Positions 13,317 through 25,343 of a DNA stretch of 64,000 bases are shown in pieces. Source of the DNA: Octopus vulgaris (lineage: Eukaryota). Each line of letters starts with the position of its first letter. Within the stretch, counting starts at the first letter, position 1. The notes under the pieces were generated by a model, which worked only from the letters and a program-made list of their open reading frames with translations, had not been told where the DNA came from and ran no database searches. The translations under genes were made by a program, and so were the position numbers. Where the stretch lies: positions 47,182,001 to 47,246,000 of the forward strand of contig OX597831.1 in the NCBI GenBank assembly GCA_951406725.2, given 5' to 3'.

Positions 13317-13435
13317 GTGTTATGAGAAGATGTTAAAATTTAAAAGAATTTTAAATTTTAACATCTTCTCTTCTCCATTTTTTAACTTACTTGTTGAGTT
13401 TCTATGGGACACCTTTCCATAAATTCTCATAACAC
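13317..13435. repeat. Short inverted-repeat element adjacent to (TA)n
   Basis: A perfect 22-bp hairpin at 13324-13370 and a 12-bp inverted repeat GTGTTATGAGAA/TTCTCATAACAC. Confidence 0.6.
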
Positions 13436-13440
13436 TCACA

Positions 13441-13483
<43 letters not shown>

Positions 13484-13518
13484 TATTGTAATTTGCTTGA
13501 AGCATTGTATATTGTTTG

Positions 13519-13676
13519 TAAAGAATAAAAAGGTTCGTATAGTACAACAATGCACTATAATATAGACAATGGGCTATCCAAAATATCATATCAAACTATG
13601 GATGACTAAATTACAACAGGTAATTTAGTCATGCCTATATTATAGTGCATTGTTGTACCATTCAAAACTTTTTATT

Positions 13677-13681
<5 letters not shown>
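13519..13681. repeat. Imperfect fold-back between (TA)n tracts
   Basis: 47-bp outer arms (13519-13565, 13635-13681) and a perfect 13-bp inner stem (13602-13614, 13620-13632). Confidence 0.75.
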
Positions 13682-13725
<44 letters not shown>

Positions 13726-13737
13726 TCTATGTATCAA

Positions 13738-14040
13738 GGCCAGTTACTGTAGTATTTGTCCTGAGATAACATCTGTTTTGGACATTCTGTGTGTAAAACA
13801 ATATATATATATCAGCGTGAAAGAAAGAAAGACAAAAATTTGTTTCGGTAGCTGCCAGTGTGAATAGCAGATGCATTTCAGTTTTTTGGAGCCTTTTCAA
13901 TGGCTTGTACCCACAGCTAGCTACATGTTTAGGTTAGAAATCATGTCTCTGATATAGAAAACATTGAATAAAACATTCACTGATATTGTGAGTAACTGCT
14001 TCAGTATACGCAGTTGAGACAATATTACGTTAAAATAGCC
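13738..14040 (+). repeat. Unclassified dispersed repeat, second copy at about 61356-61625
   Basis: Shared GGCCAGTT.CTG.AGTATTTGTCCTGAGATAAC..GGACAT.CTGTGT and CTCTGATATA..ATTCACTGAT.TTGTGA. Confidence 0.65.
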
Positions 14041-14526
14041 ATCTGTGTATGATACTTAATGTATAAATATTGTTGATAGGCCAAATGCTATGATATATGT
14101 CCTGAGCGAATATCTTGTGTGTGTTTATACATATATATTTTAAGAGAGAGAGGAAGAGCAAGTGAGAGCTGGAGGAATTTATGTATCAAGTAGAACATGA
14201 TACAAATAAATGATAGAATTGGATCAGGATTTTGTGGGGTAAGATGTCAATGAGAATGGATGAGAATTGATTGTGGATCAGGTCAAGTGAGGTGAGTGAA
14301 GTGACAATGAAATGGTAAGGGGTGAACGGAGGGACGCACAAAAACACACGCACACACCAAAAATAAAACAAAATGGAAAGAGAAAGACAATGGTAAGGAC
14401 GGCTAACAGAAGAAAGAAATCTGTAAGATTGATCAGATATGTTATTATTTAGCTCCAGGTCAAACAAGTAGGTTGTGATCACAGATATTCTAGCTGTGTC
14501 TTTTTAAGGGATATATGTTCATTCAA

Positions 14527-14821
14527 TCGTCACTCTTTTCAAGCCTTACCAGGATCATGGGCCCGGTTTCTGTGGTGTATGTGTTCCCCCCAGCTGGATG
14601 GGACACCAGTTCATTGCAGCGTTACTCAAGAAAGAGGAAGAGAGAGTGAGAGAAAGTTGTGGTAAAAGAGTACAACAGGGGTCGCCACCACCCCCTGCCG
14701 TTGCCTTGTGGAGGTTTTTTAAGTGTTTTCACTCAATAAACAACGCCCGGTCTGGGAATCGAAACCACGATCCTCTGACCACAAGTTCACTGTCCTAACC
14801 ACTGGGCCATTGCGCCTCCAC
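14527..14821 (-). mobile_element. tRNA-derived SINE family E
   Basis: Minus-strand head TGGAGGCGCAATGGCCCAGTGGTTAGG..GTTTCGATTCCC. Confidence 0.7.
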
Positions 14822-14870
14822 AATTTTTAAGGGATATGTAGGACTACATTAACTTGTGTTTTTCTCTTTT

Positions 14871-15048
14871 TTCTTTGGTTTTTAAAACATGAGGGTGTGA
14901 CTTGAATGATATTTGGTTGTTATTTCTAGAAGATTGAATAACCATGTAGAGACTTCCTTTCTTTGGTTTTTAAAACATGAGGGTGTGACTTGAATGATAT
15001 TTGGTTGTTATTTCTAGAAGATTGAATAACCATGTAGAGACTTCCTTT
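14871..15048. repeat. 88-bp tandem duplication
   Basis: TTCTTTGGTTTTTAAAACATGAGGG...AGAGACTTCC occurs twice, apparently identical. Confidence 0.9.
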
Positions 15049-15525
15049 ATCGTTTATGTAGACTTTAGCTGTTGACTATTTATAGTCACTGTTTACAGCC
15101 ATTAGCTATTTGTCACTTTACAGCTGTCATGTAAAAAGACAAATCTTGTTACAATCCAGTATGTAGACACAGCCAACAGCTGTCACAGCCTGTTGCAGAC
15201 AGCTACCTTGATGTTGACTATAAACTTTATGCAGACAGTATTTGCAGTTGTGAACTTCATTGTAGATACTGCCTGTTGCTTTTAACTTGTTAGGTACTAC
15301 CCACAGCTTTAAGATAATATCATATCAACACTTAACACTTATGTTCTCTATCCTTACTGTCTTGACCAGGAATGTTCTTTACTTATTTCTCTACATGTGA
15401 TGCTGCTGGTTTCTTATGCTTTACTTATTCTTCTGCTTGTGATGCTGTAAGTTTGTTATGCTTCAGAGTATGACTAGTGGACTGTATCCATGCCGACCTC
15501 ATTAAACTAGTACTCTTAACATGTT

Positions 15526-15571
<46 letters not shown>

Positions 15572-15574
<3 letters not shown>

Positions 15575-15835
15575 TAAAAATGGTAAGATAACAAAAGAAA
15601 GAAAGAGACCTCAATATTATGTCAATAGAGGAAATTTATCTGTAAATTAATATGTTACTATTATTCAATAGCCAAGATAAAACTCTGAGTTTCAGATGCC
15701 GAAGTGGAAATCCACAACACCATCTCTTCAGATGGCCAGATAACCGAAGAGATGGTGTTGTGGATTTCCACTTCGGCATCCGAAACTCAGAGTTTTATCT
15801 TGGCTATTGAATAATGGTAACATATTAATTTACAG
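15572..15835. mobile_element. Fold-back Penelope-like fragment between (TA)n tracts
   Basis: 90-bp arms at 15640-15729 and 15746-15835 with 2 mismatches and a 16-nt loop. The left arm continues unpaired to the (TA)n at 15571. Confidence 0.75.
15735..15804 (+). ncRNA. Hammerhead-like motif (U4C core on this arm)
   Basis: GCCA-GATAA-CCGAAGA-GATG..CATC-C-GAAA-CTCAGAG-TT-TTATC-T-TGGC. The opposite arm keeps CTGAAGA. Stem II has a 1-nt irregularity. Confidence 0.55.
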
Positions 15836-15903
15836 TTATATATATATATGCTTCATCATGGTCTTGTCTGTGATGGTTAAAACATACTAAAAAAACATAC
15901 GTA

Positions 15904-16120
15904 CAATGGGGTGCTGAAAAGTTCCTGGTTTCAAGGGTATCACAAAAGGCCTAGTTGGAGGCCCAACCATCTGAGTTCTTTTACAGGGCTTAGAAAAACT
16001 GAAGAACTACTACAATAAGTGTGTGAATCTGAGAGTGGAATGTGTTCAATAAAATCGTAATTAACTGATCCTTCCATGTTTGCTTTTACCCAAAGTCAGG
16101 AACTTTTTAGTACTCCCTCA
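15904..16120 (+). mobile_element. Mariner-derived non-autonomous element
   Basis: TA-flanked, with TIRs GGGGTGCTGAAAAGTTCCTG/CAGGAACTTTTTAGTACTCC. The internal remnant GLEKLKNYYNKCVNLRVECVQ* resembles a mariner transposase C-terminus. Confidence 0.75.
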
Positions 16121-16516
16121 TACATATGCATGCATACACACACACACACGTACTGTAATTATCAAAATTGAAGAAAATGACAAAACGAAGTGGTCAAATT
16201 TCAGTAAGATAATATGCATGCACAGCACAATCTGTTTCTAGGGTTTGTCTGTTTATATTTCTATTTCCATATTAATATACATAAGTTCAGTTTCTGGGTT
16301 AATCAAACTATATGTAATCTGAGTGAAATGTAATGAAAGTGGCATCACAAGCAGTCGACTGACTAATAAGGATATCCCTGGGTCTGCCTCCTCCATACAT
16401 TCCCTTCACAATTGGAGATCAGCCACCCACTGAAACACACATACATGTATGTATATGTATTCTACACTACATATTTCCCTTATTAATAGGAAACACCTAC
16501 ATTATTAGCTACAATT

Positions 16517-16960
16517 AAGGTGGCGAGCTGGAAGAATCGCTAGCACTCTGGGTGAAATGCTTAGCAGTATTTCGTCTGTTTTTACATTCTGAATTCAAGT
16601 TCCACCGAGATCGACTTTGCTTTTCATCCTTTCGAAGTTGATTAAATAAGTACCAGTTACACACTGGGGTCAATGTAATTGACTTAATCCCCCTCCCCAC
16701 CAAGCTCCCCTTGTGGCAAAACTTTGAAATCATTATTAATTACAATTCTTTTCTACCCTAGGCACAAGGCCTAAAACTTTGGGGGAGGGAGCCAGTTGAT
16801 TAGATCGACCCCAGTATGCAACTAGTACTTAATTTATTGCCTCCGAAAGGATGAAAGGCAAAGTCAACCTCGGCAGAATTTGAACTCAGAACATAGCAAC
16901 ACATGAAATACCGCTAAGCATTTCATCCGGCGTGCTGATGTTTCTGCCAGCTTACTACCC
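16517..16960. mobile_element. Two family B SINEs tail-to-tail (16517-16735 +, 16747-16960 -)
   Basis: Both show the family B head and body in opposite orientation. Confidence 0.8.
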
Positions 16961-17071
16961 TTTTATTAACTACAATTATTATACTCCCAACTAGTTTTTT
17001 CCATTCCCAATGCTGCCGTTTTTTGACCACACTATGACGATATAGTTCTATATTCAAGAGACGAGGAATTA

Positions 17072-17199
17072 TGTACATTATTTACATTTGACGGATATTT
17101 CTCTTCATCTTGTTTGTTGTTAACACAATGTTTCATCTGATATACCCTCCAGCCTTCATCAGGTGTCTTGGGGAAATTTCGAACCTGAGTATTTTTCGA

Positions 17200-17237
<38 letters not shown>

Positions 17238-17513
17238 TCACTGCCTGGAATCGAACTTGGAATCTTGGGGTTAGTAGTCCACGCTCTTAAGTGGTTAAGA
17301 GTGCGGGCTACTAACCCCAAGATTCCGAGTTCGATTCCAGGCAGTGACCTGAATAATAATAATAATAATATTGAAAAATACCTCAGGAATGAGAACCCAG
17401 GTTCGAAAATTTTCCAAGACACCTGATGAAGGCTGGAGGGTATATCAGCTGAAACGTTGTGTTAACAACAAACAAGATGAAGACAAATATCCGTCAAATG
17501 TAAATAATGTACA
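17072..17513. mobile_element. Head-to-head palindrome of a tRNA-headed, hammerhead-bearing element
   Basis: Arms of about 220 bp fold back around CTCTTAA-GTGG-TTAAGAG (17291-17294). Each arm reads outward as a tRNA-like head (B-box GTTCGATTCC), (AAT)n, then a hammerhead. Confidence 0.8.
17418..17463 (+). ncRNA. Minimal type I hammerhead motif (Penelope-like, extra A after A9)
   Basis: GACAC-CTGATGA-A-GGCTG(10 nt)CAGCT-GAAA-CG-TT-GTGTT. A mutated mirror copy lies at 17122-17167 (-). Confidence 0.7.
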
Positions 17514-17802
17514 CTATGAGGATATTTTTATTTTTAAACTGAAACCAACAAAGTTTGTGCTAATTTAGCTGGATTCTTAGAACTGTAAGAAAGAAACTCA
17601 GTGAACAAAATTTTGGACTTCTTGCTTACAACTGTGCATTTGGATTCAATCCAGGTTTTTGATGAGAGTTCCGCTCCTGGTATTTACTGCATTTTAGTTT
17701 GTTTTAACAGAATATCCACATTTAAGTGGGGATAAATATTACCTCTCAGTTTTTGATTAAGTTTCTCGGTAAACCACTTTATTCTACATTATCAGTCTTG
17801 GA

Positions 17803-18112
17803 AGGCATATGGCTTAGTGGTTAAGGGTTCTCGATTGTAAGGTCGTGAGTTTGATTCCCTGTGGCACATTGTATCCTTGAGCTAGACACTTTATTTTACA
17901 TCGCTACAGTTCATTCAGCTGGCAAAAATGGGTAGTACCTGTATTTCAAAGAGCCAGCCCTGTCATATTCTGTGTCACGATGAATCTCCATGAGAACTAC
18001 ATTAAGGGTATGCATGTCTGTGGAACACTCAGCCACTTGCATGTTAATTTCACGAGCAGGATGTTTTGTTGATTGGATCAACTGGAATTCTTATTGTAAC
18101 CAATGAAGTACC
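17803..18112 (+). mobile_element. Family D-related SINE
   Basis: TGGCTTAGTGGTTAAG..GTTTGATTCCC head. The body is homologous to 59165-59470 (-). Confidence 0.7.
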
Positions 18113-19704
18113 AGGTATCAGTTTGATGAAGTATCAGGAATATGAATGCTACCTGTGATAGATTGGCATCTCATTTAGATGTGGGGGTGGATATTCAGAT
18201 TCATCCCTTATCTGCTTCATATCACGAAACCAGAGCCTAAAGACTGTGGTCCTTAAAATCTCTTAGGACTTCATAAAGTATTTGCATATTTTTCATTAAA
18301 CCAGAATATTTATGAAGAGTGGCACTTTTAGATCAATGTCAATCTGATACCAAATATCATAAATACTGTATTTGTCACTCTTTGCACTGACATCCCAGAT
18401 TCTTTAAATTTCTTCATGGTGTTTTCATATCTTAGATTTCATTCCCATTAGACTAGTATGCTACTATTTTTCATCATTTTTTGATACTTCTAGTGAGCTA
18501 AACGAACATGTGCTTGTACACACACACGCACATGCGTACAGACAAGCACAAGCGGTAACAAATATTCACACAAATACTTACACATTTATGTTGTTGTATA
18601 TACAAGTGTTTCACTGTCCCTATGTAACGAACTATAATGACTCATTCTTAGTCCAGTTCCATTAAATAATAATCTGTTGATACAGTATCCCTAAAAGAAA
18701 AAAAATTATATTTCCTTCAGTTTAATCATTTGTTTGCTGCATGAAAACAAAAAGTACATGATGAATTCAATAAAGAATCATCTGTTGTACAGTCCCAGAT
18801 CAGATTTGATTGAGCTTACCTATAACCAAGGCACTCTTAGCTGTGACCAGCTTTATTTTGGAGATGTTTTTGTGTCTGGTGAGTGATTTGATCTCAGAGT
18901 GTGTGTTGAAATTAAAACAATTGCGGGTGGGAGTGACACATACCAGTCATACAAAAATATGTTTTTGAATAACTTATATGCATCTTCCACACTGTTAATG
19001 CATCTTCATTTTTTTGTTTCTCTAAATCATGGACTTCGTTGTCTAAAGTATCTTGCTTTATTTGAGACAGTAAGATTTAGTTTTGAAGGAGGCTTGGATA
19101 CCATTTCTAACAGGTTGAGTGACTGTGTAGTTGCTTCCTTCTTGGCACCATTAGTGGTTGTTAATGTTTGCTCCAGGTCATCTATGATTAAAGGTGTTCC
19201 AGCCATGCCCATCCCATCTTTTCAGATATAGCTTTTCTCACATTATTGAAAAGGACGATGGATTGGTAGAATCATTAGTGTTGGATAAAATATTTGTTCC
19301 AGATCTTTATATTATAAGCTCAAATCCTGCTGCAGTCAGCTTTGCTCTTCATCCATTCAAAGTTAATAAAATAAAGTTACCAGTTTCAGAGCTGTGAATT
19401 GGTGGAATTGTTAGCACACTGGGCAAAGTCATTATTATCATCATTATTGTTATAACATCCACCTTTCCATGCTTGCATGGGTCAGATGGAATTTATTGAC
19501 CAAGGCAGACTTTCTGTGGCCTAATACCTCTCTTGTCACTAACTCTGACTTGCTTTCAAGCAAAGTAATATTTCCCCATTGCCAGATATGTTTTTCATTG
19601 AAGACTGGAGGAAAAACAAACTTGCTTGTATGTAATCAAACCATCATGTTATGTCTAGGCAAAGGTGCACACAAACACACTCTCACATGCACACATTTTT
19701 TTTG

Positions 19705-19909
19705 TTTTTACTTGTTTCAGTCATTTGACTGCTGCCATGCTGGAGCACTGCCTTTAGTCAAGCAAATCAACACCAGGACTTATTCTTTGTAAGCCGAGTA
19801 CTTATTCTATTAGTCTCTTTTGCTGAACTGCTAAGTTACGGGGACGTAAACACACCAGTGTTGTCAAGCGATGTTGGGGGGACAAACACACACACACAAA
19901 CACACACGT

Positions 19910-19952
<43 letters not shown>

Positions 19953-20280
19953 TATATGACAGACTTCTTTCAGTTTCAGTCTACCAAATCCACCACTCAC
20001 AAAGCTTTGGTCTGTACGGGGTTATAGTAGAAGACACTTGCCCAAGGTGCCATGCAATGGGACTGAACCTGGAACCATGTGGTTGGTAAACAAGCTACTT
20101 ACCTCACAGCCACTCCTGTGCCTATGGTAGGCTTCATTCAGTTTCCATCTTGCAATTCCACTCACAAGGCTTTGGGTTGGTCCTGAGCTATAGTAGAGGA
20201 CACTTGTTCAAACACACAGTGGGACTGAACTCAAGACCACATGGTTAGGGAAGCCAGCTTCTCTATCACTCAGCCACTCT
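19705..20280 (-). mobile_element. SINE family A, full copy plus adjacent partial head
   Basis: Colinear homology at 19705-20123, with a second head fragment at 20130-20280. Confidence 0.8.
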
Positions 20281-20310
20281 TGTGCCTGTCTTGTGGTATT
20301 TCTTCTCATC

Positions 20311-20545
20311 TAAGGTGGCGAGCTGGAAGAATCGTTAGCACGCCGGGCAAAATGCATGGCTGTATTTCGTCTACCGTTACGTTCGGAGTTCAAATTCTGC
20401 TGAGGTCAACTTTGCCTTTCATCCTTTCGGGGTCGATAAATTAAGTACCAATTATGCACTGGGGTCAATGTAATCGACTTAATCCGTTTGTTTGTCCTTG
20501 TTTGTCCCCTCTGTGTGTAGCCCCTTGTGGGTAGTAAAGAAATAG
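20311..20545 (+). mobile_element. SINE family B
   Basis: Full head-to-tail copy. Confidence 0.85.
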
Positions 20546-20844
20546 GTATTTCTTCTCATTCTTTACATTGTAAGATTGCCTGCAACAGCACTGGTGTCAA
20601 GCTGTACCAGCCCTTGCCTTTCCTTTGGATGTTCTTTAGGTGAGGTGGCATGGAGGGAGGAGATACTTGTTGCATGAGCAACTGCAGGTCTTTCTATAAA
20701 ATAGAAAAAGGCCTTGACAAGACTTGCACACTGATAGAGAGTGGGGACATTTTAGGTCCAGATATATGGTGAACACTGGTCAGCAGAGGTATTGAATATG
20801 ATCCTATATCTCCACTGTGTTTTCAATAGACTCTAGGATATATC

Positions 20845-21151
20845 TCTTTTATCTCTTTTACAAGTTTCAGTCATTAGACTGTGGCCATGCTGGGGCATAG
20901 CCTTGACATTTTTTTTGTTTTTTAGTTGAATGAAATGACCCTTGTACATGTTTATTATTTTTAAAGTCTTGTACTTATTTTATCGGTCTCTTTGCTGAAC
21001 TGCTAAGTTATGGGTATGTGGACACACACCAACACCAGTTGTCAAGCAGTGGTGGGGGACAAAGTCACATAGGCACACACAGCAGGACTGAACCCTGAGC
21101 CATGTGCTCAGAAAGCAAATTTCACCCACATGCACACTCTCACACATGCAT

Positions 21152-21195
<44 letters not shown>

Positions 21196-21470
21196 TCACA
21201 CATGCACACACACACACACACACACATACACACATGCACACACACTCTCATACACATGCACACACGCCCACACACACACTCTCTCACACACATGCACACA
21301 CACTCTCTCACACACATGCACACACATATACGACAGGCTTCTATCTACCAAATCCACTCTCAACGCTTTGGTCAGCCCGAGGTTATAGAAAAAGACACTT
21401 GCCCAAGGTGCCACGCAGTGGCACTAAACCCGGAGCCATGTGGTCAGGAAGCAAACTTCTTACTGCACAG
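20845..21470 (-). mobile_element. SINE family A, diverged with expanded (CA)n
   Basis: Tail and head segments flank a compound CA repeat. Confidence 0.7.
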
Positions 21471-22102
21471 TCACGTGAGATTTAGTTGCTGTTTCTAGTA
21501 GGTTGATCAACCCGCTTTGAGGCTCTTTTACCTAATAGTATATTCTGTTTATAAATAGTGCAGAAAATTTGAAGGTATACAAAAACAAGGCAACGCTGTG
21601 TTAGTAGCACACACTGAATATTCATACCTGTTTAAAATGGTTTCAATATCCAGTCTCTGTATATGGGTATCCCATGTGTGTGCATGACTGAGTATGTGAA
21701 GGATATCCAATCTCCAACTTGTAATTTAATTCAGCTAGAGGTGCTGTGCAATTTTCGTTTGTCTGATTAGTTTCTTACTTATTTGTAACAGCCTAGGTGT
21801 GTGCAATCCTAGTCTTGAATGAATATTAAATAGCTGCTGTTTGCATTATTTGAACGAGGTGTTCACAAGTGCAGTTGGGGTGGGAAGGAGATAGAGAGAT
21901 AAATTTTGCACTTGCTACAGCAGAAGCACAACACAATCATTAATTAGGTAGACCTAAATTTAGTAGTAATATGCAAATATAATGAAGGAATCGCTATATA
22001 GCTGGTTGAATTATTATAAATAGCAGCCAGATTTCTCTCAAATCAACCTGTACTGTCATATATAAAAAAAAGAAAGAAAAAAAAAGATATTGGTATACAA
22101 AT

Positions 22103-22530
22103 AGCTGTGTAGTAAGAAATTTGTTTCCCAACTATATGGTTCTGGGTTCAGTCCCACTGTGTGGCATTTTGGGCAAGTGTCTTCTAATATAGCCCCAGGC
22201 CAACCAATGCCTTGTGAATGGATTTGGTTGATAGAAACTGAAAGAAGCCTCTCATGTATGTTTATATCTATCTGTGTATGTTTGTGTTTGCCCCTCACTA
22301 CTGGTGTTGGTTTGTTTATGTCCTTGTGACTTAGTGGTTCAACAAAAAAGACCATTACAACTGAGTACCAAGCTTTTAAAAAAAAGAAGTATTGGAGTTT
22401 GTTCAGCTAAACCCTTCAAGGCAGTGCCCCAGTGTCGCTACTATCCAGTGACTGAAACAAATAAAAATAAATATATATTTGATAATGTGGTGCCCCAGCA
22501 TGGCCACAGCTTGTGAGCTGAAACTAGATA
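22103..22530 (+). mobile_element. SINE family A, diverged
   Basis: Head GCTGTGTAGTAAG..GGGTTCAGTCCCACTG and the family tail. Confidence 0.7.
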
Positions 22531-24273
22531 AAATGAAAAAATGAATGAAATGCAATGTGAAATAAATTATGTATATAAAGGCAGGGCAGCTATGTTTTTG
22601 ATTATTAATTGGCAGAAGAGTGACTCAAGTGCTGAGAGTTACATGCATTGATAAGTGTCAATACTCAAAATTCTCATCCCTTGAGTCACTCTGTAACTTT
22701 GGCCAGTTAATAATATATATATATATGTATATATACATGCATGCATATGCATACTCTGTAAAGTGGCTGGCATTAGGAAGGGCATCCATCTATAGAAACT
22801 ATGCCAAAGCTGACACTGGAGCTCAATGCAGTCTTGCAGCTTACTGGATCCTGTCAAACTGTCCAACCCATGCCAGCATAGAAAACAGATGTTAACTGAT
22901 AATGATGGTGGTGTTGCTGGTGGTGATGTCATCAGTGTCAGCAGCGGTGGCATCGTCGATGATGATGATATTCTTTCAGTTCTATTTTCTTGTTTGTATG
23001 ACCAAACCCGTATTTTTGATCATAGATCTGGTGAGTCAAGTCTTACAATGGGACTAAAAGACAATAACAACAACTAACATTCTCACAAGCCAGTAAGGAA
23101 ACACCTACAGAGTTGTTTGGCTTCCAAGAAATAGTTGTCAACTTTTCCTCAAACAACACTTCTGGACATAAAATGCCAAAAAGGAAGATAACATGCTAAT
23201 GTCAAGAAGGCCTGTTGGATAATAAAATAAATGTAAGTGAATTTCAGAAGGTATAATTTACCCTACAGTTAGCTGGACACTTAGACTAAACTGGTTATAC
23301 CACTTAAGGTACCTTAGATCTGGGGTACCATCACTATCTAGAAGGATTGCAAAGCAGACTGTAGCACAGAATATGGCAACAGAAGAGTATCCAGGTGTCA
23401 TGGTCTGGAAACAGCCTGGCTCCCTTAGAGGGTAAGATTAAGGGCTGAAACACTTGCTAGAGTTTCTTACTACTAAAGAAGCTATTTATTACAACTCGCC
23501 TCTGTTATAACTGGTATTAAAATCTACAGACATATGGAAACAAAGTGGATAGTGGAGAGAGATACTGCATAACAGAACATGCAGTATGGTCTGTAGGTGT
23601 GACATGTTTAGAGCTTTGGATCTGTATGTTGTGCCTAGTTAATCAGCCAACAACCTACTGTTGGCACAAATCTATTCAATCAGGCTGATTTAGAACTACA
23701 CTACAAAGACCACTATTTCTCAATGACTGATCTATAGTTGTAAATCATAAAAGCTGTGAATAGCAAGCTATCAATGATGTACCATTATAAAGTGTATATG
23801 TAAATCATATTATGGGCAGTGTCCAACCATGATCTTCATGTCATAATTTTCATGCATGTGGTCTTCTTGGACCCTTCATTAAATGTTAGGGTATGATTTT
23901 TACGGAAATTTGGCTTCCATTTCTGACAGATTGAGCAACCAAGTGACACTCATAGTGACATCAGCACTCGATATTGCAGGGTAGTGAAATACTCATGAAT
24001 TATGCAGTACTACCAGCTGTAGCAGGTAATACTCCTTGTTATTTTTTTACAGCTAGGTTGACCGGGCTATTTGAGTATCAAACACATTTGCTATGGACAG
24101 TGTAGTACTTATGGTGACAAGATATGAACCGTGCACTCTTCAATTTGCAGCTTGGTTCAGTTTTCCATTTCAGCTGTCAGTGGTTGGATACTAATTTATT
24201 TATTTTTTTTTTGTCAAAACATTATTATTCCTAAATCTCTCAGCAAGAGATATTCAGTAGCAGTACTTTAAAG

Positions 24274-24512
24274 TAAAGGTTATTTACCAACCTAATATGG
24301 CAGTCCCACTTGGGACGGATGCTCCTGTTGTTTAGCCCCAGGAGACATCATCTCCGGCTGGCTAAACAGGAGTGCTAAACTCCCCTTTTCGAAAATATAA
24401 GGACTGAGATTGTGTATCGTATAGCCAGCTGGAGACGATGTCTCCTGGGGCTAAACTACAGTAGCATTTGTTCCAACTGGGACTGCCACATCAGGTTGGT
24501 AAATAACCTTTA
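24274..24512. mobile_element. MITE with long (about 91-bp) terminal inverted repeats
   Basis: Arms 24274-24364 and 24422-24512 are near-complementary (TAAAGGTTATTTACCAACC...GGTTGGTAAATAACCTTTA) around a 57-bp spacer. TA at both ends. Confidence 0.75.
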
Positions 24513-24565
24513 TTTTTGTTGAGATAGATTTAAATCTAACATTGGATTAATAATTCTTATTTAAT

Positions 24566-24766
24566 ATAGGCTCAAGGCCTGAAATTTGGATGAAGTGGGT
24601 AGTTGATTAGATTAACCCTTGTACTTAACTGGTACTTGTTTTATCGATTCCTGAAAGGATGAAAGTCAAAATCAGCCTCAGTAACATTTGAACTCAGAAT
24701 GTAAAGCTTGAAGAAAAGCTGCTAAATACATTATCTGGCATATTAATGATTCTACCAGCTTACTGC
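24566..24766 (-). mobile_element. SINE family B, diverged
   Basis: AAAGGATGAAAGTCAAA..TTTGAACTCAGAATG. Confidence 0.6.
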
Positions 24767-24989
24767 ACTAGCATTGGTTTAATAATAAATATTGTTTTAC
24801 AATTATAACTCATCTACTGTAATTCTGCAGTCTACTCCTACCTTAATATCTGTCCTGTGGAAGAAGCAAATTATATGCAAACAAAAATTCTCTTTCCACA
24901 CATATTGATTGAATATTAAAACTTGAGTAAATTTAACAGAACCTCAATGATTTATTTTTGTTTTTTTATATATACCCTTACCCCTTTAC

Positions 24990-25343
24990 CCTTTTACTTG
25001 TTTCAGTCATGTGACTGTGGCCTTTTGTCGAGCAAATCAACCCCAGGACTTATTCTTTGTAAACCTAGTACTTATTCTATCGGTTTCTTTTGCCAAACCA
25101 CTAAGTTGCCAGCATTGGTTGTCAAACGATGTTAGGGGAACAAACACAGACACACAAATATATACACACACATATATTCATATATACGATGAGCTTCTTT
25201 CAGTTTCCGTCTACCAAATCCACTCACAAGGCTTTGGTCAGCCTGAGGCTATAGCAGAAGACACTTGCTCAAGGTGCCACACAGTGGGACTGAACCCAGA
25301 ACCATGTAGTTCGTAAGCAAGCTACTTACCACACAGCCACTCC
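24990..25343 (-). mobile_element. SINE family A
   Basis: Colinear homology with small internal deletions. Confidence 0.8.

Noticed and set aside
17291-17349. tRNA gene (anticodon ACT)
   Set aside because: The 5' part is missing and the anticodon and T stems are mispaired. It is a tRNA-derived repeat head.
17159-17568. Mirror-image ORFs on both strands
   Set aside because: A consequence of the palindrome; no recognisable protein.
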